A DNA stretch of 64,000 nucleotides from an uncultured Spirochaetota bacterium (GCA_963745235.1 CAVUXE010000009.1:64001-128000), one strand, 5' to 3'. Positions 28,533 through 38,623 are shown, numbered from the stretch's first letter. Made by a program: numbers and translations. The notes: a model not told the origin generated them from the letters alone.

Positions 28533-29444
28533 ATGGCGGCGCGGATCATCGACGGCACTGAAATTGCGGCCAGGATTCGCCGGGAGATAGCGGACGGAAT
28601 ACGCCTGCTTTCGCAGGAGGCCGCAATCACCCCGGGGCTCGCGGTGGTTCTTGTCGGCGACAACGCCGCCTCCCGAAGCTACGTTCGAAACAAGAACAAG
28701 GCTGCGCATGAGATCGGGATCTACTCCGAACAGCACTCCCTGGCCCAGAGCGCCACGGAGGCGGAGCTCCTTGAGCTTGTGGAGAGGCTGAACAAGGACC
28801 CGAAGATCCATGGAATCCTCGTTCAACTCCCCCTGCCCTCGCAGATCAGCGAGCAGAAGGTGATCAACGCCATCACCCCGGAGAAGGACGTGGATGGCTT
28901 CCATCCCGTCAGCCTCGGCAGGATCATGACGGGGGAACCGGGCTTTCGCCCGTGCACACCTTTCGGTATCCAGAAGCTCCTGACCTACTCCGGCGTGAGT
29001 ATCGGGGGCAGCCACGTGGTGGTGGTCGGCAGGAGCAACATCGTGGGGAAGCCGATTGCGAACATGCTCATGCAAAAGGGAGAGGACGCGGACGCCACGG
29101 TCACCGTCTGCCATTCACGAACGCGGGACCTGCCTTCCATCACGCGGCAGGCGGACATCCTGATTGCCGCAATCGGGCGGCCTGAGTTCATCACGGCGGA
29201 CATGGTGCGTGACGGGGCGGTCGTCATCGACGTCGGCATCAACAGGATAGATGATCCGTCTCATCCGAAGGGGCAGCGCATGGTCGGTGATGTGAAGTTC
29301 GACGAGGTATCCCGCAAGGCGGGGGCCATCACCCCGGTCCCGGGCGGCGTGGGTCCCATGACTATAACGATGCTCCTGTACAACACCCTGCAATCTGCCC
29401 GGGCCGAGGCAGAGAGACGCCGGGCAAAGGGGGCCTGCCAGTGA
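28533..29444 (+). CDS. folD: Methylene-THF dehydrogenase/cyclohydrolase
   Basis: GILVQLPLP, EKDVDGFHP, GRSNIVGKP, TPVPGGVGPMT. Confidence 0.96.
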   Translation: MAARIIDGTEIAARIRREIADGIRLLSQEAAITPGLAVVLVGDNAASRSYVRNKNKAAHEIGIYSEQHSLAQSATEAELLELVERLNKDPKIHGILVQLPLPSQISEQKVINAITPEKDVDGFHPVSLGRIMTGEPGFRPCTPFGIQKLLTYSGVSIGGSHVVVVGRSNIVGKPIANMLMQKGEDADATVTVCHSRTRDLPSITRQADILIAAIGRPEFITADMVRDGAVVIDVGINRIDDPSHPKGQRMVGDVKFDEVSRKAGAITPVPGGVGPMTITMLLYNTLQSARAEAERRRAKGACQ

Positions 29445-29515
29445 CCCCCGTGTGACGATTCCGCGCTTGTCCGGTCACTCGAATGGTACTATACTGTAGT
29501 CCACCAGAGGTTCCG

Positions 29516-30778
29516 ATGAAGAAGCTAACGGTCCTGGCATGCCTGGTCGTGGGGGGGCTCCTGGCGTGCACGTCCACATCCACAAACGATTCGTTTCTTA
29601 TCAAGAATCTGGATGATCAGAGCAAGTCCAGGGCGCTCACGGAAGCCGGGGTCGAAGAGTACGAGGTCCACCTCGTCCACCAGGCAGAGTTCGAAAAGAT
29701 CGCGGACATCAAGAACTACTTCGTCGTTGCCCTCAAGTACGATTCGACCAACGCTCGCGCCCAGCAATACCTGTCCCTGGTGGATGACTACAAGAATGCC
29801 CAGCTGCGGACGAACCTCAGGGCGGCCTCCCGAGCGCTTCAGAAGCCCAAGCGCAGTGACGACGAGAACTACGCCATTTTCGTGGCTCTTCAGACAGCCA
29901 TCAAGATAGATCCGGGAAATGCGGACGCTCAGAAGATGCTCAACGACACGGCTTCGGTGCGTTCGACGCTCATCAACTCCTACCTCGCCAAGGCAAAAGC
30001 CGCAACGGACAAGCTGGACGACAAGAGCCCGGACTCAGTCAAGGAAAAGCAGTACTCGGAGGCTTTCCAGCAGGCTGGCAGGGCGCTGTCCATTGACCCC
30101 TCCAGCTCCGGTGCGCAGGGCCAGCGCAGCTCCGCGCGCTCGGAGCTGGGGAAGCTCGTCACGCGCCGCGTTGAGCTGGCACAGAAGGCCATAGTCGCGG
30201 GCAGCTTCAAGGACGCGAGGAAACAGGTTACGGCGCTCAATGACCTGAACCGGCGCGCCGACAACAGCTTCGACACCGAGGTGCGGCAGGTATCCTACTC
30301 GTTGAACTACAACTGGGCGGTGAGCCTGTTCAACAAGAAGGACTACACGACCGCGGACGTCAAGAACGAGGCGGCCCTTGCCGCGATGAAGACCGATGAG
30401 GCGCGCGCGCTGCGCAGGAAGATAGCGGAGAAGAATGCGCAACCGCAGGCGGTCGCGGTGTCGTTCGACACGTCGCTGCAGGACATCGACAGCTTGATCA
30501 GTGCCGGAGAGCTGGTGGCGGCGCACCGAAAGGTGAACTCGCTGGCCAAGGTGACAAAGGACCCGGCGAACATGCAGCAGCTGGACAGCAGGAATGAACA
30601 GATCCTGTCCAACCTGAAAGACCTGTACGACAAGGGCGTTGACGCCTACCGCAACGAGGATTTCAAGACTGCCATCGATCTGCTGCAGACCGTCGTCGCC
30701 ATCCAGGTAGACTATGAGCAGGCCTCCGACTACCTGGACAAGGCCCGGTCCAAGCAGAAATTGCTCGAGCAGTTCTGA
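29516..30778 (+). CDS. TPR-rich lipoprotein
   Basis: MKK, hydrophobic stretch, LLAC lipobox; TPR-like repeats (ALKYDSTN, AIKIDPGN, ALSIDPSS). Confidence 0.7.
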   Translation: MKKLTVLACLVVGGLLACTSTSTNDSFLIKNLDDQSKSRALTEAGVEEYEVHLVHQAEFEKIADIKNYFVVALKYDSTNARAQQYLSLVDDYKNAQLRTNLRAASRALQKPKRSDDENYAIFVALQTAIKIDPGNADAQKMLNDTASVRSTLINSYLAKAKAATDKLDDKSPDSVKEKQYSEAFQQAGRALSIDPSSSGAQGQRSSARSELGKLVTRRVELAQKAIVAGSFKDARKQVTALNDLNRRADNSFDTEVRQVSYSLNYNWAVSLFNKKDYTTADVKNEAALAAMKTDEARALRRKIAEKNAQPQAVAVSFDTSLQDIDSLISAGELVAAHRKVNSLAKVTKDPANMQQLDSRNEQILSNLKDLYDKGVDAYRNEDFKTAIDLLQTVVAIQVDYEQASDYLDKARSKQKLLEQF

Positions 30779-30829
30779 CCACGCGAGGAGCGCCCGGCTC
30801 AGGTGCTCCCGCCCGAGGAGAAGGACGCT

Positions 30830-32992
30830 ATGAAGAACAGGTCCAGGCTGGGTTACCACGCCGCGGAAATTGCTTTTGCCGTCATCCTGATTGTCTGGTA
30901 CCTCCTCCCCTATTTCAGCCCGGTTCTGGGAGGCTTCAATCCGCTTCAGCTGGCCGGATCTCTGTACGGCTCCCCTCCCCGCCAGCCCGGGGCGTGGCTG
31001 GTCCTGGTCATCATCGCCTGGCTGGTACCCGTGATCTGCCTGTGGAAGATCGCCGCCTTTTTCCTCAGGGACCGGGTGCCTATCGTAGCCGAACCGACGC
31101 TGCCCCTCTCCATCCTGATGAACGTCGTTTCTTCAGCGCTCGTCGTGGCGATGCTCGTGATCCACGTGATCGCTTTCGCGGCCAGCGCCCGCTATTTCGA
31201 GGCATTCCACCCCGTCACCTACGTGGTTCTCGTCCTCTCCCTCGGGTTCAATGCTTTCTCCCTCGTGAACCTGATCATGAGCTTGAGCAAGCGTGACCCC
31301 TTCTACCAGGAATACCTGGAGTTCCGCCGGGCAGGCGAAGAAAGCGGAAATGGGGACGGACGCGCGCAGGGAGTCCTTTCCGTTGTTCCCCGCCAGGGAA
31401 TCCAGAGACGACTGATCCTCACGTTTGTCCCCCTCATCCTGGTGGTGATCGTGGTCTTGTCGTTTGTGCTCCTGAACAACTTCAAGGGCACGATCCAGGA
31501 TGCAGTCTTTGCAAACGGACAGAGCGTGACTGAAAGCGCGGCCACCGAGGTCAAGGCGAACCCGACGGATCGGATTGCGCTGGACGACTATTTCCTCGCC
31601 GCAGCCAGGAAGAACAGCGCCGCATCAGGGTCGGGAGCTTCTTTTCGCTTCAACACGCTTTCCTTCTACCGGAGGGATTCCAAGGCCGGGGACTTTGTGC
31701 TCTGGTCCGGCACCGACTCCAAGATGATCGGGCAGAGGGTGAAGCTGGACACGACCCTGACGCAGGGAATATCCCGGTACAACCCGCAGGCGAAGGTCTA
31801 CGAGTTCCTTGCCCCCGTCCTCCTCAGCAACGTCTTCATCGGCTACGTGATGGTGGACTATGCCCGCGATGTGATCTACGAGCCGTATTTCCGCACGCAG
31901 GTGAAAGTCTTCGTGATAGCAGCGCTGTTCATGTACGCCTCCGTCTTTCTCATCTACCTCTTTGGAAGGAACATCGTGTTCCCCATCCTGTTCCTGAGGA
32001 TGAGCGTCTTCTCGATTGCCGACACGCTCTCTCGAATGATCAAGGGCAAGGAAAGGGTCTCCGCGGAGCTGCTGCAATACAAGGACCGGGTCAACACGCG
32101 AGACGAGATCAAGCTCCTTTCAAACGAGGTCAACAAGATGACCACGGTCATCAAGGGCGTGATTCCGTATATCTCTGCCTCGACGTTGAAGCACTCGGAA
32201 CGTGAGAAACCCACCACGGAGAGGAAAAACCTCACGTTCCTGTTCACCGACATCCGGGGATTCACGAGCATCTCGGAGAAATTGAGCCCTGACAAGGTCG
32301 TGCAGATGCTCAACCACTACCTGGACCTGCAGACCTCCGTGATCCATGCCAACGGCGGAGAGGTGGACAAGTTCGTGGGCGACGAGATGATGGCCATGTT
32401 CGAGGGCGCGAAGAAGGACTTCAACGCCTGCAAGGCGAGCCTCGAGATCCGCAAGGCAATGGCGCATGAGAAGGAGCTCGCCCAGGCCCAGGGACGGGAG
32501 AACGTGTCCATCGGGATCGGGATCAACACTGGAACGGTGGTCTTCGGCAGCATGGGCGCCAAGGAACGAATGGACTTCACGAGCATCGGGGACACGGTGA
32601 ACCTTGCCGCCCGCCTGGAGGGCACCAACAAGGAGTACGGCACCAAGACGCTGATCACCGAGGCGGTGTACGAGAAGGTGAAGGACGCGTTCCTCTGCCG
32701 CGAGATTGACCTCATGACCGTGAAGGGCAAGACGGAACCGGTCCGCATCTACGAGGTGCTGCAGGATTCGAAAGCAGCCGCGGAGAAGCTGACGAAGTTG
32801 AAGAAGGTCTTCGAGACGTCCCTGGAGCACTATCGCAAGCAGAAGTGGGCGGAGGCGGAGAAGGGATTCTCACTGCTCGTAAAAGAGCTCAAGGACGAAA
32901 CGAGCGGGGTGTTCCTCCAGCGCATCCAGGAGTTCAAGGCAAGCCCGCCGGCACGGGGCTGGGACGGGGTGTTCCACAGGACATCGAAGTAG
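30830..32992 (+). CDS. Membrane-bound class III adenylate cyclase (HAMP-like + catalytic)
   Basis: FTDIRGFT, VDKFVGDE, MDFTSIGDTVNLAARLEG; multiple N-terminal TM helices. Confidence 0.9.
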   Translation: MKNRSRLGYHAAEIAFAVILIVWYLLPYFSPVLGGFNPLQLAGSLYGSPPRQPGAWLVLVIIAWLVPVICLWKIAAFFLRDRVPIVAEPTLPLSILMNVVSSALVVAMLVIHVIAFAASARYFEAFHPVTYVVLVLSLGFNAFSLVNLIMSLSKRDPFYQEYLEFRRAGEESGNGDGRAQGVLSVVPRQGIQRRLILTFVPLILVVIVVLSFVLLNNFKGTIQDAVFANGQSVTESAATEVKANPTDRIALDDYFLAAARKNSAASGSGASFRFNTLSFYRRDSKAGDFVLWSGTDSKMIGQRVKLDTTLTQGISRYNPQAKVYEFLAPVLLSNVFIGYVMVDYARDVIYEPYFRTQVKVFVIAALFMYASVFLIYLFGRNIVFPILFLRMSVFSIADTLSRMIKGKERVSAELLQYKDRVNTRDEIKLLSNEVNKMTTVIKGVIPYISASTLKHSEREKPTTERKNLTFLFTDIRGFTSISEKLSPDKVVQMLNHYLDLQTSVIHANGGEVDKFVGDEMMAMFEGAKKDFNACKASLEIRKAMAHEKELAQAQGRENVSIGIGINTGTVVFGSMGAKERMDFTSIGDTVNLAARLEGTNKEYGTKTLITEAVYEKVKDAFLCREIDLMTVKGKTEPVRIYEVLQDSKAAAEKLTKLKKVFETSLEHYRKQKWAEAEKGFSLLVKELKDETSGVFLQRIQEFKASPPARGWDGVFHRTSK

Positions 32993-33044
32993 GGCCCGGT
33001 GCGCCCCGCACCCCGCAGGGCAGCGCTCGGCCTTCCGCTTGTCC

Positions 33045-33812
33045 TTAGGGAGTAATGTCCGCGACGGATTCCACGATCTGCGTTGGCTGATAGGGATAGC
33101 GCTGCACATCCTCACGCCGCGTGACGCCGCTCAAGACCAGGACGGTTTCCATGCCGCTCTCGACGCCGGCCACCATGTCGGTGTCCATCCTGTCCCCTAC
33201 CATCACGGTGTCCTCGGAGTGGACCCCGAGGTAGTTCAGGGCGGTCCTCATCATCAGCGGGTTGGGCTTGCCGACGAAGAAGGGGCTGACTCCCGTGGCC
33301 TTTTCGATCAGCGCGGCCATGGCGCCGCAGGCGGGGACAAGGCCCCCGTCCCCCGGCCCCGATGGGTCAGGATTCGTGGCGATGAATCGCGCCCCCCGGG
33401 CGATGAGTCGGATTGCCGTCGTGATGAGCTGGAAGTTGTACGAGTTGGTCTCACCCAGCACGACGTACCAGGGCTCGATGTCGGTGATGATGAAGCCGGC
33501 TTCGTGCAAGGGATCGGTGAGCCCGCTTTCGCCAATGACGAAGACCTTGCCGTTGCCCTTCTGCGACTTGAGGAAGCTCACCGTCGCCATGGCGGAGGTA
33601 AAGATGCTCTGCGGAGCCACCGACAGCCCGACACTGCTGAGGCGATACGCGAGATCCTTCTGTGTATACTTCGGATTGTTCGTAAGCACGAGATGCTTTG
33701 CGCCGCGCTCCTGGAGCCGCCGGAGAAACGCATCCGCGCCCCGGATGGGGTCCATGCCGCGGACCAGGACCCCGTCCATGTCGATGAGGTAGCTTTTTTG
33801 GTTTGCAGACAT
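33045..33812 (-). CDS. nagD: HAD-IIA hydrolase, NagD family
   Basis: [29 protein letters not shown]. Confidence 0.88.
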   Translation of the reverse strand: MSANQKSYLIDMDGVLVRGMDPIRGADAFLRRLQERGAKHLVLTNNPKYTQKDLAYRLSSVGLSVAPQSIFTSAMATVSFLKSQKGNGKVFVIGESGLTDPLHEAGFIITDIEPWYVVLGETNSYNFQLITTAIRLIARGARFIATNPDPSGPGDGGLVPACGAMAALIEKATGVSPFFVGKPNPLMMRTALNYLGVHSEDTVMVGDRMDTDMVAGVESGMETVLVLSGVTRREDVQRYPYQPTQIVESVADITP

Positions 33813-33891
33813 TGCGGCAAGCATCATACGTGATGGCCCGCAGTGCCCGCAAGGCGTCTGCTTGGCCGCGGAAGCGAGGAGGCAACTGGAC

Positions 33892-34604
33892 ATGCGCAGG
33901 CCTGAGGCGATTCTCTTCGACCTCTGGGGGACACTTATCGACTCGGCGGCTTTCGATCCCGCTCTCGGGAACGCCGCGCTCCTTGCCTTCGCCGAGAACC
34001 CGCGCGGGGTGACCCTGGACGACCTCCAGGAGCTGGGGGAAGGCTGGTGCGGGCCACCATACCGCGCGAAGAGCAATCTGGCCTCGAGTTCACCCAGGGC
34101 GCTCTCTTTCGCATCCTCTCGGACGCATTCGACCTGCGCTTCACCCGGCCGTTTGCCGATCTGGAGTGGGAGTTCTGGAATGCGTCGTTGACGGTTGTGC
34201 TGCGCCCGGGCGTGCGGGAAATGCTGGAGAGCGTACGTCTGCTCGGCATGCGAAGCTGCGTGATCTCCAACTCCTCTTTTGCCGCCGGCACCATCACGAG
34301 GGAGTTGGAGCGCCAGGGGATCTCAGGCTTTTTCGAGTTCGTGGTCTCCAGCGCGGACTATGGCATCCGCAAGCCCGACGCGCTGATTTTCGAAGCGGCT
34401 CTTCGCAGGATGGAAGTCTCGCCGGACAAGGCGTGGTTTGCCGGAGACAACGTGGGCTACGACATCGTGGGGGCCACTGACGCGGGGCTGTTCCCCATTG
34501 CATACAACGCCCACGCGCCCATCCCGGGGAGCATTTCCGAATACGCGGCAATCTCCCACTGGCGCGAGCTCCTGGACCTGCTGGAAGGTGCGCACACGGG
34601 TTGA
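33892..34604 (+). CDS. HAD-IA family hydrolase, frameshift at ~34042
   Basis: FDLWGTL in the first frame; [20 protein letters not shown] in the second. Confidence 0.8.
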
Positions 34605-34729
34605 GAGCCCTGCACCCTCTGTGGTTGACAGAGGAAAGACTTCTGGTCACTGAGCGCTCAGAAACGGCTTCTCGACTGATGGACCGGACGTTGCAGAGAC
34701 CGGCCGTCACATTCACCGGCCGTCACAAT

Positions 34730-34758
34730 TTGACGGGCGCGTCATTTCGGGCTATCCT
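34730..34758 (+). promoter_or_regulatory. sigma70 promoter preceded by a tandem 13-bp direct repeat
   Basis: TTGACG, 17 bp, TATCCT; ACCGGCCGTCACA at 34699 and 34715. Confidence 0.55.
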
Positions 34759-34805
34759 TGAACTGAGGGCACCGGAGTGGGACCACCCATTTCCGCAGCC
34801 CGTGA

Positions 34806-34926
34806 CTTCGTGCGCTGTGGAGGGTATATGCAACATACCGACGACCCTGGGGGTAGGCTGACTTAGCGCACGGGGGGTGACCTCCATCTCCCTGTGCCGG
34901 TCTTTGGCGCGCCACGGGAGGTGGAG
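34806..34926 (+). promoter_or_regulatory. Putative translational attenuator (four mutually exclusive pairing segments)
   Basis: 1:2 CTTCGTGCGCT/AGCGCACGGGG; 2:3 GCACGGGGGG/CTCCCTGTGC; 3:4 CTCCATCTCCC/GGGAGGTGGAG masks the SD. Confidence 0.6.
34828..34866 (+). CDS. Putative leader peptide MQHTDDPGGRLT
   Basis: GGAGGG SD at 34819-34824, ATG at 34828, TAG at 34864-34866. Confidence 0.45.
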   Translation: MQHTDDPGGRLT

Positions 34927-34927
34927 C

Positions 34928-35575
34928 ATGAAAAAGATAAGAGTCTTTCTTGACCTGTTTGTTCTGAGCGGTTTCGTCAGCAGCTTCTTCTACGGATTTC
35001 TCAACCCGCTGTACGTCAGCGTGATACTCGCGCACCTGGACCCGCGCATCATCGCCGTGGGATCCTTCATGTCGTCAGGGTTCCCCGTGCTCATCGGGGC
35101 CGTTCTGGGCAACAGACGCCTCTTCAAGCGCCTGTATGCCGTTCTTCCCTGGCTCATGGTCCTCGAGCTTGTAGCGGCGTGCGCCGCCGCCGCCATGGCC
35201 TCCCTCGATCTCGCCGTCTATTACCTTGCATCCATGGTGATCATGGGGGTGTTCTCCACGTCGGTTGTGTATCTGCTGCAGAAGGTCAAGGAGGCGAGGT
35301 ACCGCGCCAGCCGGGCGAGCTTCGACAGGCGCTACGGAATGGCGGACGCGCTGGGCTCAGGGGCAGGCTCGGTTCTGAGCATTGCCGCAGTCTCAATGCT
35401 GCGCGACCCGCTTCACATCGCGGTTGCTGGGGCGCTTCAGACCGGCGTGGTCTATGGGCTTTTTCTCATCATGTACCGTCGGGTCCCGGGCCCTCGCGGG
35501 CGCCGGACGGCCGACGAGGAGCCGCATCCATGGCGCGAAACTGCCCTTGCGACGCTGCCGCCCCAGGCGGCCTGA
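34928..35575 (+). CDS. Membrane protein, about 6 TM helices (half-MFS-like)
   Basis: Six hydrophobic segments; strong SD GGAGGTGGAG. Confidence 0.65.
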   Translation: MKKIRVFLDLFVLSGFVSSFFYGFLNPLYVSVILAHLDPRIIAVGSFMSSGFPVLIGAVLGNRRLFKRLYAVLPWLMVLELVAACAAAAMASLDLAVYYLASMVIMGVFSTSVVYLLQKVKEARYRASRASFDRRYGMADALGSGAGSVLSIAAVSMLRDPLHIAVAGALQTGVVYGLFLIMYRRVPGPRGRRTADEEPHPWRETALATLPPQAA

Positions 35576-35689
35576 GCTCGCGTTCGACCGTTCCCACGGG
35601 GATGAATCCCGCCGGGACTTGACACCAGCCGGCCGCACCGCTATCAGTAGTGCAACCGCGCCCCTGAAGCGCGGCGGAAGGAGCACCCC

Positions 35690-37448
35690 GTGCCAGACCC
35701 ATCACCCCATGGCCCTGCCCCCGCGCGGGACACAGCGCAAGGGGCGTCGACCTCGGACTTCATCCGCGACTTCGTCGCGGAGGATCTGAAGAGCGGCCGA
35801 TTCTCCCGCGTGCAGACACGGTTCCCGCCGGAGCCCAACGGATACCTGCACATCGGCCACGCCAAGGCCATGTGCATTTCCTTCGGCATCGCCGAGCAGT
35901 TCCACGGCAAGTGCAACTTGCGCTTCGACGACACAAACCCGACCAAGGAGGAGCAGGAGTACGTCGACGCCATCAAGGGTGACGTGAAATGGATGGGATT
36001 CGACTGGGAGGATCGGGAGTTCTACGCCTCCGACTATTTCGAGCAGCTCTACCAGTGGGCAGAGCAGCTCATACGAGCGGGCAAGGCATACGTGGATGAC
36101 CTCGACGAGAAGGAAATCCGCGAATATCGCGGGACCGACGTCGTGGACAAGGGCCCCATCACCGTCACGCCTCCGGGCCGCGACAGTCCGTACAGGAACC
36201 GCCCGGTGGAGGAGAACCTCGATCTTTTCCGCCGGATGCGCGCCGGGGAGTTCCCCGACGGGGCGCGGACGCTGCGGGCGAAGATCGACATGGCGCATCC
36301 CAACCTGCACATGCGGGACCCCGTCATGTACCGCATCCGCCACGCGTCGCACCATCGCACGGGCGACGCGTGGTGCATCTATCCCATGTACGATTTCCAG
36401 CATCCGCTCTCGGATTCCATCGAGGGGGTCACGCATTCCCTGTGCAGCCTGGAGTACGAGATCCACCGGCCGCTGTACGACTGGTTCCTGGAGCAGCTTG
36501 GCATCTTCCACAGCCGACAGATCGAGTTCGCGCGCCTCAATCTCACCCACACGGTTCTGAGCAAGCGCTGGCTGCTGGAGCTGGTCAGGGAAGGGCGGGT
36601 GAGCGGCTGGGACGACCCCCGCATGCCCACCATCGTCGGGCTGCGCCGTCGCGGCTACACCCCCGAGGCGCTACGGGACTTCGTGTCGCGCATCGGCATG
36701 TCAAAGGCGGACAGCACCGTGGATATCGCGCTGCTGGAGCACTGCCTTCGCGAGGATCTGAACAAGAGCTGCCGGCGGGCCATGGCGGTGCTGAGACCGT
36801 TGAAGCTCGTGATCGAGAACTGGCCCGCGGGAAAGGTCGAGGAGCTGGAGGCGGTGAACAACCCGGAGGATCCCTCCGCGGGCACGCGCAGGGTGCCGTT
36901 CTCCGGTGAGCTTTTCATCGAGCAGGACGATTTCCGCGAGGTACCGCCGCCCAAGTATTACCGGCTCTCCCCGGGGCAGCAGGTGCGGCTGCGCTACGGG
37001 TACATCGTGACCTGCACCGGCGTGAAGAAGAACCCGGCCACGGGCGCCGTGGAGGAGGTCCGCTGCCAGTACGATCCGTCCACCCGGGGCGGCAACGCGC
37101 CGGACAACCGCAAGGTGAAGGCCACCATCCACTGGGTCTCCGCGGCGCACGCGCTGAGCGTCGAAGCCCGGCTGTACGACCACCTTTTCCTTGCGGAGTA
37201 TCCGCAGGCGGTGCCGCCAGGCATGGACTGGAAGGACACCATCAATCCCGCCTCCCTGGAGGTCGTTCAGGGAGCCCGCGTGGAGCCGGGGCTTGCGTGA
37301 TGCAGCCGCAGGGGACAGGTTCCAGTTCGAGAGGCTTGGCTATTTCTGCGTGGACCCTGATTCGAAGAACGGAAAGCTGGTTTTCAACCGCACAGTGTCA
37401 CTGAAGGATACCTGGGCCCGGATAGAGAAGAGAGCGTCTCAGACCTGA
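35690..37448 (+). CDS. glnS: Glutamine--tRNA ligase, frameshift at ~37294
   Basis: [34 protein letters not shown]; C-terminus [18 protein letters not shown] in the next frame. Confidence 0.95.
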
Positions 37449-37501
37449 GGGTGATTCAGGAGCCGTGCCCGTCCTCCTTGATTCCCTGAGGCGGCTGCGT
37501 T

Positions 37502-37702
37502 TCAGTGCCATTCTGTGGAGAGGATTCTTCCCCATTGCGGGTTCGCGGGCACGGAGCCGTCCGGGAGAACATCTCCCGGTTGATCAGGGGAGGTGTCCCC
37601 CTCATGTTTCTTGTTGAACCGGCGCTGCCTTTTTTCTTCCTGTTTCTTCAGGCGGGCGAGCTCCTTGCGGCGTTTTTCACTCTGGTATGGCGATCTGCCC
37701 AT
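37502..37702 (-). CDS. Small basic protein downstream of the RRM gene
   Basis: MGRSPYQSEKRRKELARLKKQEEKRQRR with SD GGGAGG. Confidence 0.6.
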   Translation of the reverse strand: MGRSPYQSEKRRKELARLKKQEEKRQRRFNKKHEGDTSPDQPGDVLPDGSVPANPQWGRILSTEWH

Positions 37703-37831
37703 GTGGTCCTCCCTTCTCCATGCCGTCGCCGCCCGGAAGCACGGCACGGATGAATGACTTTCTTCAAGAGGCCGAAATCGAAAAGGGAGGCCCAGCCAGA
37801 GCGTGCCGGACGGCGCCTCCCCCAGATCGCC

Positions 37832-38137
37832 TTAGTAGTACCGGCTGCGGCTTCCTCCGCCTCCCCCGCCGCTGCTGTTGTTGTCCCGCGGCTTGTCGTT
37901 CGCCTCGTTGACCTTCAACTGCCGGCCGTCGACTTCCTTGCCGTTCAGCGCTGTCATGGCGGAGCGGGCGGCGTCTTCGGACGCCATCTCGACGAACCCG
38001 AAGCCCTTGGCGCGCCCGGTGTAGCGGTCGGTGATCACGTTGACGGACACCACCTCGCCGTACTGGGCGAAGAGCTGTCTCAGCGTGTCCTCGCTCGTGT
38101 TATAGTTCATGTTGCCGACATAGATTTTCTTCGCCAT
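37832..38137 (-). CDS. RRM RNA-binding protein with Gly-rich tail
   Basis: RNP2 IYVGNM, RNP1 KGFGFVEM, LKVNEA. Confidence 0.95.
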   Translation of the reverse strand: MAKKIYVGNMNYNTSEDTLRQLFAQYGEVVSVNVITDRYTGRAKGFGFVEMASEDAARSAMTALNGKEVDGRQLKVNEANDKPRDNNSSGGGGGGSRSRYY

Positions 38138-38498
38138 GTCGATCCCCCTTTTTGTGCGGAGGCCTTCCCCCCGCCGTTCCAAAGCCCCAGAGCCTGCCGA
38201 CGACAGGCTCAATGCGCTCCTAGCAAGGTTGCGGGCGTTCGCGCTGCATGACTGTCATGGGCCATCAAAACGGGGGAAAAAGAATTGATTCGAAGGGAAA
38301 CAATTACTTTATGGGGAAGTAATTCGATCACTCGAGCTTCTTCCAGATTCACCCCTGGGCGGCACACATCGTACATGATGCAATCCCGCGCGTGCCATGT
38401 CATCTCTCCGCGCGCCAGTCCTGAGGAACGCGGTATTCCTCCGCATGTCAGTCCTGTTTCAACGAAACCATCCCACGAGCGACCGGAATACGCAAAGA

Positions 38499-38527
38499 AG
38501 CATACTCGATCCGGAATGCCAAGTCAA
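38499..38527 (-). promoter_or_regulatory. Putative promoter of the RRM gene (long 5' UTR)
   Basis: TTGACT, 17 bp, TATGCT on the minus strand. Confidence 0.5.
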
Positions 38528-38594
38528 GTAAGAAAATCCCCGACGCCCCCTGTCAACGCCTCGCACCAGCGTCCGCCGCGTCCGCCGGCGTTTG

Positions 38595-38623
38595 TTGACA
38601 GCGCATTCGGCGGCGCTTAGGAT
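38595..38623 (+). promoter_or_regulatory. sigma70 promoter
   Basis: TTGACA, 17 bp, TAGGAT, then SD GGGAGG before ATG at 38651. Confidence 0.6.

Noticed and set aside
37280-37310. Programmed frameshift or TGA recoding in glnS
   Set aside because: No slippery site or SECIS-like hairpin; it matches the scattered single-base indel pattern of the assembly
38378-38400. sigma54 promoter on the minus strand (TGGCAC...TTGC)
   Set aside because: The -24/-12 spacing is 3 bp too long
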